Positions 1-13,544 of a stretch of 64,000 nucleotides of DNA are shown here, in pieces. Position 1 is the stretch's first letter. The number at the start of each line of letters is the position of its first letter. Source of the stretch: Octopus vulgaris (Eukaryota). The notes below the pieces were generated by a model. That model saw only the letters and a program-made list of their open reading frames with translations, had not been told where the DNA came from and did not search any database. The DNA is taken from assembly GCA_951406725.2 (NCBI GenBank), contig OX597816.1:127100001-127164000 (forward strand). The letters run 5' to 3'. A program made the position numbers and the translations under genes.

Positions 1-2788
1 AAATGTCTGAGTAAATGCTTAATAAATAATATTTCCTTTATAGTTTCAAAAAGTAATACTTTTAAGATAAAAAGATAAACTAATATTAACTTTGGTGATT
101 AATGGGAAATGTTTATCATTTTGAATCAAAGTGTATAAAATAAATTTATTTAATTTTTCATTATCTCTTTAGTTCTTGAAAGATCAACCTGTCAGTGATC
201 AGATTAATTGTAAATATATATATCACAGCATCTGAATTTGCTAATGCTGTTAAAAGAATGAACACACTTTTATTGCTTGTTTTCTTTTCCTTTTTAAGAT
301 TCAAGAGTCTATTTTTTGGGTCATAGTTAAAACAAAAAGATTTTAGGAAAATTAATTGAATAATTAATTGAAGAACATTTCTTTCATAATTGAATATCTC
401 TGATTTATTTTACCTTAAATGTTTATGTGCATGTCTGTATGTGCACATATTTGTGTGGGTATTTCTATGCATTTGTGTAATTCATGCATGATATTTTTGT
501 CTCATAACTTTAAGAAGGCAATCAATTTATATTTAAAAAATACAATTATGGACTTAAGAAAAGAATTAGAATTGACATTTGGAATATTATATTCTTAGAA
601 AGCAAAAAAAAAAATCTACTAAATCTATTTTTCTATTTTCAGTTGACTACTTATTGATGTATTACAATGGGTAGTTATTCATCATAAGAGAAATTATGAA
701 CTTCAGTAAAGCAACATATCACATTCATTTTTATTGAAGTAAAATTACTTAGCTAATGGTCACTTAATAATGAATATAAAAGTATCAAAATCTGGCTGAA
801 AATTTTTGAGATTTACAAACATTCAGAAATTTTTTAATGAATATTTGGTTTTAGATATGTTGAAAGTAAAACAATTTCAAATTTCCTAAATTAGTAATTT
901 TAAATAATTATGTTTATAATTACTTGTGTGTGTGTAGGGGGGTGTACTAATGGAGACTCAAAGTTATTTTATTTAGAATAACCCATCTTTAACATGAAAA
1001 TAGACATTAAAATATTTCTAGATGTTTGCAAAATCTCAAGGAAAGAAAAATTCAAGCTAATATTAGACACATTTTTTACTCTTATTATTTAACAATCATT
1101 AGCTAAGTAATGATACTTCAATAAACGTTAATGTGATACAAGTTACTTTACTGAAGTTCTTTTATCATGAATAATTATTCAATTAGTAGTCATTTGAAAA
1201 TAGAGAAATGTATTTAGTGGTTTTCATTTTCTAAGAATGTAATATTCTAAATGTCAGTTCTAATTTCCTTAAGTCTACAATCAAATTTTTAAAATATGAA
1301 TTAAATATATGCATATATGAATGAATATACATATGTACATATGTGTATACGTAATATGTATGTATAAAGTAGATTTTGGCATTTCTTATAAAATGATCTA
1401 AATGAATTAGAATATTTTGGTACATTATGGAAATATATTAAGTTTTAATTTCGTAATGAGCCAGCCTCATACTTCTTTATTCCTTCTTCAAAAAAGACAG
1501 TACTTAATCCTTCCTTCATCACATACATATTAATTGTCATTTCTTTCTTCTGTTTTGATTATAAGTGTTATCTATTATTGGTTCAGTTTATTTCTCTTAC
1601 AATATTTTGATATTTGAATTTGTGATGCATTTTGAATATAATTTTTTGTGTATATTTATTTGAAATTGATATTGTCATATGAAAATAAGTTTTTTTGTAT
1701 TTCACTATAAAGTTTGAGATAATTTGATATAAAAAAAATTTTCTCTATGAATTTTTTTTTATTCTTTTGATATAAGTTGATAAGATTTATCCATTTTTTG
1801 TAATGAGTTGCTGTGAAAGCACAATGAATACACATCTGCAGCTAAGGGAGTCATGAAATTTTCCTTATAAATATCATCAAGAAAACCAGAATGCACAAAA
1901 TATTTTTACAAAAGTTGTAATTAATCTTATCATAATCAAATAAAGTATTATCAAAAAAATGGATAGATTTTGTGTTTGAATGCCATAAATATTTAATTCA
2001 GGAAAAGCATAGGATGTAATTTATATATATGCAGGGATGTTATTCTACATGCTTTAAATAAAATGCTATAATCAGCCATACACATACATCATACATACAC
2101 ATATATATGTGTTTATGTACATATGTATGTGAGTGTGTGGAAAGAGAGAAAGAGAGAGAGATACTACAAAGTGAGAATACTATGAAATTTATATTAGAAA
2201 TAGAAAGAGACAAAGTGTAAAAAAAAACATTCTTTTTCTAATATTTAGAATTATCTTAATATAAATTCATAACTAAACTATATGAATTTTTATGATTAAA
2301 ATTTATGAAATAAGTTTTTAAACCTGATTTTTTTTAAGTTAGCCAGTAAAAATTTCTGACATTTACAAAAATTATATTAATAGATTTTATATCTCTTCTA
2401 CATCATAGTAATATTGTGGATGTATATATATATCACTCAATTTTATTATCACTGAATTATATTATTATAGAATGATTTTTAACATATGACAGAAACAGGA
2501 AGGCTTTGGACATAAAGCCTTGTTGTGCTTATTACATTCCTTTACAGTCTAAGTTCAATGCCTGCTGTTGTTAATTCTGTTTTTCTTCTGGCATTGATAA
2601 AATGTCAGTCAAGTATAAGAATCAGCAAAATTTACTATACATTTCTTTTACAACAATGTTGAAAATAATATATGAAACACAAGTGAATTGATAAATATAA
2701 TAGAATATTAGATTATATACTTTATGATTTCTTTAAACATTTCTTGAACAGTTCTTAATTGTCAAAGGAATAAAATAGGTAGCATCTA

Positions 2789-3962
2789 CAGGGTGCATAA
2801 GGTATTTGAGGACATACCTTTTTTGGGTCATTACTGCATTTTTTTACTAACTGTATATAATCTTTGTTTCAGAAAATAATAATGGTAGACTCTCAGCTTA
2901 CTCAAGAAATGAAGAGACATGCTGTTATTTTGGTTATAAAGACTGAGCATGGTGATTTAGAAATATCTTGATATTTAAAAGTTTGTATAAAGAGAAGCAT
3001 AAAAAGCATTCTAAATGCTCTGAAATCATCAGAACACCTGAATTTATCCAGCAAGTTCAACCGATCATTGATTACAATCCCAGAAAGTCCATGATGTCAA
3101 TTGCAAATGATCTCCATGTGTCATAAGGAACAGTCAGAAATGTTGCTCTTGAAGACATCAGATATAAGTCTTATATGATGAGGAAAGGTCAATTTGTCTG
3201 AAAAAGCAAAAGAAAATCACTGCATCAGATCTAAAAGGCTCTTAAACAAACTGAAAAATCCAGCAGAAGAAGATTTGGTTTTTCTCAAACGAGAAAAACT
3301 TTGACCAAGATCAAAAAGTTAATAGAAGAAATGACAGATGGTTATGTGCAGACCCTTCTGAAGTTCCAAGTGTTATGCATACAAAATTTCCTGAAACTGT
3401 CATGGAGAGGTTATCAGCTATGAAGGGCATGTGATGCCTCCTTACTTCTTTCCACAAGCCTTAGAGTTAACTCTGCCACCTACACTGAGGTCCTGGAAAT
3501 AATTATTAAGCCTTCGATAGACAGTGTATGCAATGGGCAGTGTATGTGTTTCAGTAAGACTGCACTAATATACATAGCCCTAGTAACACAGGAATGGATT
3601 CCTGAAAATTTTCATGATCACATAACCCCTAATTCCCCAGATCTCAATCCATTGGACTATGACATGTGGAGCGTTGCTGAGAGAGAGAGAGGTCAATGAA
3701 GATGTCCATATCACCAAAGATTCTTTGAAGGCTACCATTGTCACAGTAATGAACCAGAACCACTTGATTCGAGCGTGTAAATGATTTAGATCTCATATAA
3801 AAGCAGTTGTTGAAGCTGAAGGTGGCTTTATTGACTAACATTATAGAAAAGGTTTATTTTATCCTCATAACATTTTTTGACAAATAAAGTTATTATCTGT
3901 TATAATATATCTGGGTTTTTTTTATAAGCACAAAGCTGTCCTCAAATATCTTACATACCCTG
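2789..3962 (+). mobile_element. Full-length decayed Tc1/mariner DNA transposon, DD37D (maT/Bmmar1-like)
   Basis: 26-bp TIRs CAGGGTGCATAAGGTATTTGAGGACA / revcomp CAGGGTATGTAAGATATTTGAGGACA, flanked by TA on both sides; internal transposase remnants. Confidence 0.93.
2882..3838 (+). pseudogene. mariner/maT transposase pseudogene (stops and frameshifts)
   Basis: Manual translation: MVDSQLTQEMKRHAVIL..., WFFSNEKNFDQDQKVNRRNDRWL (FSDEK motif), VFQ*D, NSPDLNPLDY, AEGGFID*. The D..D spacing is 37 if the deleted 'LWPPN' segment is restored. Confidence 0.88.
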
Positions 3963-4356
3963 TATATACTTGTGTCAATGGAAATGATAATGCTTTCTTT
4001 AAAAATAAGTATAATAATATCCACAGCCTTCTGCTTCTTAAAAGAAATCATTATTAATGCTTTATTTATTAAAATATGGTCATATTATATTGAAACATAT
4101 CATACTAATGGTGTTGCAGTGTACCATTTGAGATCCATTGCTTTACCTCTTAAAAATTAATACTTTTATTGACATTGGCAGAAAATATTCTTTGCCAATT
4201 ACCACTAATATTGAATTTCTGATTATCATAAAATAATGGCTGAAATAATGATATTTGTTTCAATTTTATAGACCCTCTTAAAAATATATTCTTGATGGGA
4301 GCATTTGTTATTAGAATTAAACAATATATAATTATCTGTCAAAATCAAGCAGTTTA

Positions 4357-4681
4357 GGCACAGGAGTTACTGTGTGGTAGCTTGCTTACCAACCACACGA
4401 TTCTAGGTTCAGTCCCACTGCATGGAACCTTGGGCAAGTGTCTTCTACTATAACCTTGGGCTGACCAAAGCCTTGTGAGTGGATTTGGTAGATGGAAACT
4501 GAAAGAAGCTCATCATGTGTATATATATATACAGCATATATAGTATGCTTATATGCTTGTACAGATGAATTATGTTCCATCTTGCGGGATGTTTATATGT
4601 ATATTCTATGATTAAATGTTCGAATTATGTAATGTTATGTGGATGACCTTGCATTTGTTTGTTCTATAACCTTAGTTTGAT

Positions 4682-4712
<31 letters not shown>

Positions 4713-4938
4713 ATATATGTATATGCATGTGTTTATGTGTCTGTGCTTGTCTCCCCATCATCACTTGACAGCCAATGTTGGTGTGTTTACATGCCCATAA
4801 CTAAGTAGTTCGGCTAAAGAGACCGACAGAATAAGTACTATGTTTACAAAGAATAAGTCCTGGAGTCGATTTTTTTCGATTAAAGGCAGTGCTCCAGCAT
4901 GGCCACAGTCAAATGACTGAAACAAATAAAAGAATAAA
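4357..4938 (+). mobile_element. tRNA-derived CORE-type SINE (octopus OR/OK-like, 'family A'), with internal (TA)n and ~140-bp insert
   Basis: Head GGTTCAGTCCCACTG (B-box-like), CCTTGGGCAAGTGTCTT core, tail CAAATGACTGAAACAAATAAAAGA; four other copies in the window. Confidence 0.85.
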
Positions 4939-7175
4939 GTTTAATTGGATTAAAAGATACTTATCAAGTGATTTTTAATTTCATGACAATACATTAGTTT
5001 ATTTGTACAATATGTCTAATTGTTTTAGTATATTACTTATGACTGGACACAATAAAGAAGAAAAATACAGATTTAAAACTTTGGCAGAAAACACAAATTT
5101 TGTAAAGTAGAGAGCAGATAATTAAATCAACTTTATCACCTGATTTTATTGATTCTTGAAAGGTGAGAGGCAAATTTTCTTTCCATTGAGATTTGAAATC
5201 AGAACATAAAATATTATAATTAAATATCTCAAATCATTTTGTTTGCTACTCTATTAATTTTGTCATAAATTATTTGAAATTTATCCAATGATTTCTGCTA
5301 TAAACAAAAGTTACTGATTATGGTATAGATTATGATTTAGGAACAATCATATGATTTATCTGCTGACAACAAATTACATAGCATTAGAATGAAAATTTTC
5401 CTACCTAATTTTAGTAAAATCCAACCCAATTCAATTGCATTTTTAGAAATGTTAACCAGTTTTAAGATAAGAGTAAGCTACTTATGTTAGCAAATTAATT
5501 ATATATAATAATGTCCTGTAGAAATATTTATTATAAATAGTTAATATAAATAAATTTTGACAGTTTTAACATTAAACGTTATTAAATTTTGCATTTCTAG
5601 AAACAGTTATTTTGCCTGTCCTACTTATGAAAACTTGTTTAATATATAATACTTTCCTTTGAAATATAGTGATAGTATATCCCAACAAAGGTTTAACAAT
5701 TTGTAACTGTAGAATATTGAATTCTTATATTTAGATGTAAATGAATTAGCATCTATTGAGACATTTTTTACCACTTTTTATTAAAGACCAATTAAATTTT
5801 TATTAAACAGCAATTATAAAATCTTAAATTTAATTTTAAGTAAAATAGTTCTCTAATGAAATAGATAGCTTTAATTCAGCTAATTCTTTATTTTCATTAA
5901 CATACATCTTGTCTAACTCAAGTAGTTACAACCAAGAGAATTTACTGAATCCTATCATTTATGTGACTATCATACACTACAATGATAATTATTGATTTCA
6001 TAAACATTTATCAAGGAGAAACCATTTGAGAAAATGAAAGTAATTCTTGTCACTGAATAAACAAAAAGATATAAAAGTGGATTGTTTTCAATCAAATTGC
6101 ATAAAATTATTTAGTATCCTTTTAAGAATTATAGACTTATAAATATTATTTAATGAATTACAAATATAAGATGTAAAAGTTGGTACTTTAAAAGTATGTA
6201 CTTGATTAATCTAAATTAGCCTATTGTTGATCTTATCTTCATCATAATTTATATATATAGTTTCAAATATGAAAATATCTAATTAGATAATTATGGAATT
6301 GAATATCCAGAAAGGTGTCTTGTTTTAAAGTGATAAATACATACATGTTTTATGTTAACTTTTCAGTCTTTATATAAATAAAAACATTTCGAAGAAATGT
6401 TCATTGAATCTACCACAGTAAGAATTTATTAACTTAATTCCTTAAAATATAACGTTATTTGAGTTGTCTGCTAAGTTATTGTACATATATGAGAAAGATA
6501 CTGTTTCAGACAAAACTTATTTTAAAATTTGAGCAAGAGTTTTATATAAATATTCTGTTTCTTAATTTTTAACAAAATTCATTGGTGGAAAAACTTTGTA
6601 TCAACACTGATATTTATTAAAATTATATAAGCCAACAATCATAAGCTTTCATTTATTTTGTTGTCCACAATTCTTTTCATATTTCTTAACCACTGAAATT
6701 TATTCTTATCACAAAAATGTTCTATAATTTTCTATGCTCTTTTCTGCATTACTATAACAAATACTTGGGGAAATTATTTGATTGTTTTATCACTTTAAGT
6801 ATTTATATATATTGCTGTTTTGCCTTAAAAACAGATTTAATTCTTTTGATTTAATAGTTATTTCATTTCAAGCCCTTTATATCATTTGTTCATTAAAATT
6901 ACATTATTCAATTCAGACACCCATACATACAGCAAACTGTTCTCAGATTTTATCAGAGTTACCAGAATGTTAATTTGGAAGGTGTAAAAGAATTCTGAAT
7001 TTCATGTTAAACAGTTTCTACCTTAAATCCATCAATAATTTGTCATAGTTTATTGATTAAATATCCAAGAATTGGAGAAATATGCTTTTTTTATTTGGTA
7101 TATAATATTTTACAAAGTGGACAATTGCTACTATCAAATAACGGTATGAAGTTGAATAAGTTATTCATATGATAT

Positions 7176-7437
7176 CTAAAATATTTTGGAAATCTCACTA
7201 GCTGAAATAATAGGACAGCTATGACAATACATGTGGTCAATCACATCCTGTTCTGATAATTTCTCTTTTCTTTCATGACAGCAAGAAATGTCCACCCTAC
7301 AGAGACGATTTTTAGTAACAATACTTATTTTAGCATCAAATATGTTATCCACTCTAAGTGTCACGGAGAAAACATTTTCTACTGAGTAAAATTTCTCACT
7401 CGCAATGGATTTGATATTCTTTGCAATTTCTTTATCA
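7176..7437 (-). CDS. Candidate terminal coding exon of an unknown gene (86 aa + stop)
   Basis: Minus-strand pyrimidine tract and AG acceptor at 7438-7439; open frame DKEIAKNIKSIASEKFYSVENVFSVTLRVDNIF...SEISKIF*; CpGs retained; no homology recognised. Confidence 0.3.
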
Positions 7438-8004
7438 CTATTTCAATACAGACACACAATAAATATAAAACAAAAAAAGAAAAAGAAAAGCTGTAATGAC
7501 AATGCCACTTCTAATAGACAAGTCAACTGCTAGCTTCAACATACAGAATTATATGAAGCTGACTGATTCTCATTCTTTCATTATCATTTCTAAAGTATTA
7601 AGAGCTTCATTTCATTTTACTGCATGGATTTTTAGCAATTACCTTAATGCATTCTCCCTTCACTAGTTTCTGTGCCTAGTTATCAAAACCCTTGGATAAT
7701 CAATAAATTTATATTTTCTTTAACCTTATTTACACTTAGCTAACTTTGATGTTAATTATTCAATATATACACATTGATGTCACGCATACTGAATACTTTT
7801 TATATCAATATCTAGAAAGTTAAAAACAATAACTTCCTTAAAATCACTGAAACCAAGTAAAAGTCTATGCCATCAGGAACAGCTATTTAATCATTGCACT
7901 ACTTCCAAAATGGCCAGTTTACACAAAATTTACTCTAGACACATTAAGCTATCTATTATTATTTTTCAATATTTATGTACGCACATACTGGCCCAGACAA
8001 GAAA

Positions 8005-8270
8005 CAGTTTGTACTGTCATGGAGATCAGCTGCCTGGCTGGTGTGAATATCTCTTCAAAACTCAACGAGAAAGAGGAAAATTGTGAACAACTGATTTGAA
8101 GCCTTCAGCTTCTGTATCCAGATTATGAATTCACATGTATTCCAATAATAATTGGTGCACTTAGTTTTGTTGTAAATACCAAAGTGACAAGCTGGAAAAG
8201 ATAGAATTTTCCAAAATGGAAATCAACCATGTAAATAGCTCATTACAAGTAAAATATATAAGTAGGACAG
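8005..8270 (+). mobile_element. R4/Dong-like non-LTR retrotransposon 3' (RLE domain) fragment
   Basis: Degenerate peptide ISCLAGVNISSK..EKEEN..LQLLYPDYEFTCIPIIIGAL; similar to 40900-41150. Confidence 0.55.
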
Positions 8271-8442
8271 TATATACATATATATATATGTGTGTAAGAA
8301 GTTTTCAAGTTCAACAAGTGTCATTGCTTTTATCATCTGCATTCCAGCCATGGTGCTTTGCATCTTAAAAACCATCTCCTTCCTTACAGGAAGACTTCAA
8401 ATTATGAAAAATGGATGAGAAGATACATACATACATACATAT

Positions 8443-8658
8443 AAGGGTAGGTTGAAAAGTTTATATGCTGACTATGAAGTAGTGATGCAAGAGCAGTTAA
8501 ATCTTGCATAGTTTAATTCCAACACTTCTTATTATTAACTGCATTTTTTTTAAGGTAAATTGATACCTGACTGTTCAAAGAAGACTTCAAAAGTAACTAG
8601 TAACCACTTCGCTTGAAAATGGATAAAATTTGGCATCAGGTACTTGGAAAAAGGGTTT
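8443..8658 (+). mobile_element. mariner 5' fragment (left TIR plus transposase start)
   Basis: TAAGGGTAGGTTGAAAAGTT resembles mariner TIRs; ends in MDKIWH..YLEKG, like the mariner N-terminus. Confidence 0.55.
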
Positions 8659-8751
8659 CACACACAGCCATGCCTGTACCTATGAAATTATTTGGAAAAG
8701 ATTTTTCTATACCATGTATTTTTGGTGCATGGAGACTGAAAGAAGCTAGTC

Positions 8752-8794
8752 ATATATATATGGCCACTGTGATATATATATATATATCATGGTG

Positions 8795-8806
<12 letters not shown>
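8752..8806. repeat. Short palindrome around a (TA)n core
   Basis: TATATATGGCCACTGTGAT(AT)nATCATGGTGGCCATATATA. Confidence 0.8.
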
Positions 8807-8836
<30 letters not shown>

Positions 8837-8840
<4 letters not shown>

Positions 8841-9396
8841 TTGAATAAAGTTAAAACTTGGTCTACTTTTCATGTTTTTGATTATGGTATTCTAATATTT
8901 AAAAAAATATATATACATTTCATAATGCTCATAAAGTTAAATTAGCACTTTCATACATAGAGTAATCATCAGATTTCAAATCTGCTTAACTAACAGTTAA
9001 GGTCTTGATAACTTTAGTACCTCTTAGAAGGCTACAACAAGCTGAATTTTTAGAATATGTTTTTAACCAATCCACATGGATTAAAAAAATATCTCTAGCA
9101 TATAAATATAAACAAATTACAGAATATTAGTAAGTTTGGCGATCCATGAAGTTTAAGCTGCATGCGGATTGGTTAAAATCATATTCTAAAACTCCAGCTT
9201 GTTGGAGCATTCTAAGAGGTACTAAAGTTGTCAAGAACTCAACTGCCAGTTAATCACATTTGAAATCTGAGGATTACTCTACGTATGAAAGTGCTAATTT
9301 AACTTTATGATTATTACAAATTGTTTTTGTTTTTAATGTTAAAATAACATAATAAAAACCTGAAGACCAGACAATGTGTTAATTTTATTCAACTGA
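8837..9396. mobile_element. Fold-back MITE-like element with ~240-bp inverted arms
   Basis: TCAGTTGAATAAA...TTTATTCAACTGA termini in TA context; arms ~8837-9077 and ~9160-9396 are reverse complements (e.g. TAGTACCTCTTAGAA / TTCTAAGAGGTACTA). Confidence 0.85.
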
Positions 9397-9434
9397 TATA
9401 TTATTCTATACACTTTCACACAAATTCAAAGCTA

Positions 9435-9836
9435 GGCACCAGTAGGGCTGTGTGGTTAAAAGATTGCTTCCCAACGATATGGTTCTGGGTTCAGTCCCAC
9501 TGCATGGCACCTTGGGCATGTGTCTTCTACTATAGTCTTGGACTAAGTAAAGCCTTGTGAGTGGATCTGGAAGATGGAAACTGAATGAAGCCCATTGTAT
9601 ATATATATATATATATATGTATTTATATTTAAATGTGTGTGTCTGTGTTTGTCCCCCCACCATCGCTTCATAACCAATGTTAGTGTGTTTATGTCCCTAA
9701 AACTTAGCAGTTCAGTAAAAGGAACTGATAAAATAAGTACCAGGCTTACAAAGAATAAGTCTTGGGCTCGATTTCTTTGACTAAAGGTTGTGCTCTTGCA
9801 CGACTACAGTCAAATGACTGAAACATGTAAAAGAGT
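9435..9836 (+). mobile_element. SINE family A
   Basis: Same head, core and tail as 4357-4938. Confidence 0.85.
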
Positions 9837-10789
9837 ATATATATATAAGCACACAGATAATATATGATATAAAAAGCATATATAAAATATATATTATATA
9901 TAGCATAATACACACATACACACACCAATTTTTGTTATGTAGTGTTTAAGTAAAAGAATGTTAGATAAATTCAATAATGTCCATCAAGTTTATTTGAAGC
10001 ATCTTGAAAACTATGGAAAATTATACAATTTTAGAGTACAATTTCCTATTACAAATGTACAATGACTCTTCACTTTGTTTTGTCCAAACAAATGCATATA
10101 ATGATTGCATTCTCAATAAATTAATCTAAATTGTCTATTTTCACTGGAAATCAAGTGTGTAATTTTAATGACAATAACATTAAGGCCATAATGCTGAATA
10201 ACTTAAATATCTTTTCTTAGTAATTTGAAATTGAAATTAAGTAGTCAAATGATTTTTCTCACATATTTTGAGAAAAATATATCTAATTATATGTGTCTAT
10301 GTATGCATGAGTACATGCATTAATGAATCTATTTATTCATGACATGACAATATAATACATTAAATCATCCAAATGTCTGCACTTTCATCTACTGACTTTA
10401 TGATGAAGATTGAGATTGTGAGGCTCATGTCAAAGTATTAAGATTATAAATAAAGACAAACAGTACCACATGGAATCGAAATTAGGTCAGGAATTATTTA
10501 ACTGTGTATCATGTATCAATTTGCCTTTAGCATTATTATTACTGGAAGCTCTTCTTCCATGGTGATGGACTCCATGCAGATGGTGATGCATGATCTTGAT
10601 ATTGAATTCTTTCCCATAAGTCAGTGCTATAGATCTGCTTAAGGCAATGCATGTGAAACTGTTGTAAACCCTTAAGGGTAGTACATGGTCTATGCCTCAC
10701 AGCCCTAAGGGGGATGGGCAAAACCACAGTAAGGTAAACATGAATGTTAGTATTAAACTGAGCACCTTATCCAGAGGCAGAATAGTGAC

Positions 10790-11960
10790 AGAGTTATTTT
10801 GCAAGCCCAAATTTACCTCCACTACTACTCCAATCATCCACATCATATAATTTGGTCAAATCTGAAATCCCAATTTTTGAGGATAAAACGGATTTGTACT
10901 GACACAGGAGTTTACTAGAAACATGTAAATGCTTTTGTATACCATTATGCCAAATGCGATTACAGTGAAACATGATTAAAGAAAATAGTAAATGACATAG
11001 CTAAGATTAGCAAAGAAAGTCAAACTTTCCCTTAATGATTAACTGGCACCAAAATTTCATTGGCATTTCAAAAGTGTTGAATGAAAGTTACCAGCATGTT
11101 GTGGAAAAATATCCTTGTTTCAAACAGATATTTCCTCAGTCACCTATTGTAGCCTTTAGATGGAATAAAAATATAAGAGGACTATTGACTTCTATTTCTG
11201 ATTCCAAGAAAACTATGATTGGAGTATCTGCATGCTGTACCTTGTAAAACAGCCACAAGAAAGGTAAGCCCTGTTTATTGTGCAACAACACGAGTCAAGT
11301 GAATTCTATTAAGAATCATAACAGAAATGTTATGATTTATACAGAAGATGGGACATGTAAAGATTCCCATTTGCTGTACATGGCAGAATGTATGAAATAC
11401 AACTTGATTTATGTTGGTTGTATAACAGAACAATTAAACAAAAGATTTAATAGGCACAATAACAGTAGTTCAACAGAACTGGCCGAACATTTTGCTTCAA
11501 ATGGCTGCAATTTTGAAAATGACTTGAAAGTGTATATTCTCAGAAAATATTCTGAATCTGCATCACTTACAATACTCAAAATGCACGTGGAGAAATATGT
11601 TTGTGAGTTATCAACATCACACACTAGAGGAATAAATAAAATGACAAGAGAATATCATCAAATTTATACAAAACTGTTTGATTAAATATTCTTCTTCTTT
11701 ACCCTTTTCTGTCTTCTTTCCTTCTTTTTTCTTTTTGTTTTCTGTCTTTTTCGTTTTGCCAGTTATAAAATTGAAACTTAAAGACTGATGATGTCATTCC
11801 ATTAATGTGTGGACGCTGGTTGCTCTCGTTCATAGTTGAGATTTGTATTTCTATAATTTTGAATTTTTATCATTTTTTATTTTGAACTCAACAAAGTCAA
11901 GCCTGCTATTGAAATATCGTTCAGCTAATAAAATATCTGTTACAATTGCATCTCACTCTT
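10790..11960 (+). mobile_element. Decayed Penelope-like element 3' part (RT C-terminus, GIY-YIG endonuclease, 3' UTR)
   Basis: AQIYLHYYSNHPHHIIWSNLKSQFLRIKRICTD; PIVAFRWNKNIR; ORF 11278-11685 has GTCKDSHLLYMAECMKYNLIYVGC...LNKRFNRH and GINK motifs. Confidence 0.85.
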
Positions 11961-11989
11961 TGCTTTGTCTATCCTCCTCCTCCTCCTCC

Positions 11990-12655
11990 TGGAGTCTTGC
12001 ATGCATAGTGGGCTTACTACCTGCAGCCTACAGTACCATGCTATCTGTTCTTTTCAGCTATATAATATTTTCCTGATTATTCTGCCCATACCAAGTAGGC
12101 AAATGCTTTGTAACAGTTCTACTGGGAACTCTATTAAAATTTCCTTTTTATTCCTCTTGATGCCTTCTGATACTGTTTCTAAGGATACAACAATAATTGG
12201 CACTATCTTCACCTTCTTCATTTTCCATAGCCGGGCTATTTCGTACTTAAGAGGGTTGTATCTATCTATCTTTTAACCTTTCTTCTTGACTATTTGTGGG
12301 TCAAAGAGGCATGCAACATCAACTATATAGAATATGTGGTGCACCTTATCCATCACCACTAGGTCTGGTCTGTTATTCTCTAGCATGTGATCTGTTTGGA
12401 TTGGGAAATCCCAGAGGATTTTGCTAGTCTCTGACTCCATCACTCTCTGCAGTTTGTGCTCATACCACATCTTCCCTTTCTCTAGCCCCCACTTTTTGCA
12501 CAGTTTCCAATGCAGCACTTTCACTACCTGGTTGTGTTACCACAACTTGTAGTGGTTTTGGGAAAGTCTAGGGCATTTGTTAATGATATGGGCAATAGTT
12601 TCATCTACTCTATTGCAGATGCAGCACTGTGGAGGCACTTGTTCATTCCTAAGGT
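11990..12655 (-). mobile_element. R4/Dong-type non-LTR retrotransposon 3' end (restriction-like endonuclease)
   Basis: HWKLCKKWG..WYEHK..KILWDFPIQTDHMLENNRPDLVV..IVDVAC; continues as RYNPLKYEIARLWKMKKVKIVPIIV. Confidence 0.85.
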
Positions 12656-12689
12656 ATCATCATTATTATTATCATTATCATTATTATTA

Positions 12690-12903
12690 ATGTGGCAAGC
12701 TGGCAGAATTGTTAGCACTCCAGACAAAATACTTAGCAGTATTTCATCCGTCATTACCTTATGAGTTCAAATACTGCTGAGTTCAACTTTGCCTTTCATC
12801 CTTTCGAAGTTGATAAATTAAGTACCAGTGAAAACACTGGGGTCAATATAATCGACTTATCCCCTCCCCCAAAATGGCTGCCCTTGTGGCAAAATTTGAA
12901 ACC
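12690..12903 (+). mobile_element. tRNA-derived SINE 'family B'
   Basis: GCTGGCAGAATTGTTAGCA...GAGTTCAAAT...TTTGCCTTTCATCCTTTC...AAAATTTGAAACC followed by ATT repeats; many copies in the window. Confidence 0.85.
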
Positions 12904-13483
12904 ATTATTATTATTGCCATTATTATTATTATTATTATAAGACATAAAATAGTGAAATAATACACTTGTTAAGTATTTTTACATTGAAATATATACCTGT
13001 GATGTAGAAATGCTGATTTTTTTTTCTAAATTGTAGGTCTTGTGTCAATGTAAATATGTTATTTTTTTCATCTATTTATATGTCTGAACTATTTTATTTA
13101 CTTTCACTCCATTAATAATTGCATACTGTACACTTACTGCAGACTATTGCTGAATGGTATTTTTAAAATCTACAATTTACTTCTTTGATAGATATATTAA
13201 ATATTTGTCAAAAATATAACAATCTTAAATTTACTTTATCTCTTGATAAGTTTTTTTATTTTCACTTCTTTTTTTCTTCTTCTCTGTTTTCAATAAAGAA
13301 ATATGTTTTCAATAACAGGAAATATGGAAAAGATTGGTATAATCAGATTTAAAAATAAAAACATAGGAATTGTTACATATTCCTTTGAAATTTGACAAAT
13401 ATTTAAAAATACAGATCTGATTAAAGATATCTGTGATTGCAGTTGTGTGAATGTGCTTGTATGTGTCTAATTCTTTCTCTATG

Positions 13484-13487
<4 letters not shown>

Positions 13488-13540
<53 letters not shown>
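13488..13540. repeat. (TA)n microsatellite
   Basis: Pure TA run; similar runs at 20967-21017, 26163-26242 and 32007-32044. Confidence 0.95.
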
Positions 13541-13544
<4 letters not shown>

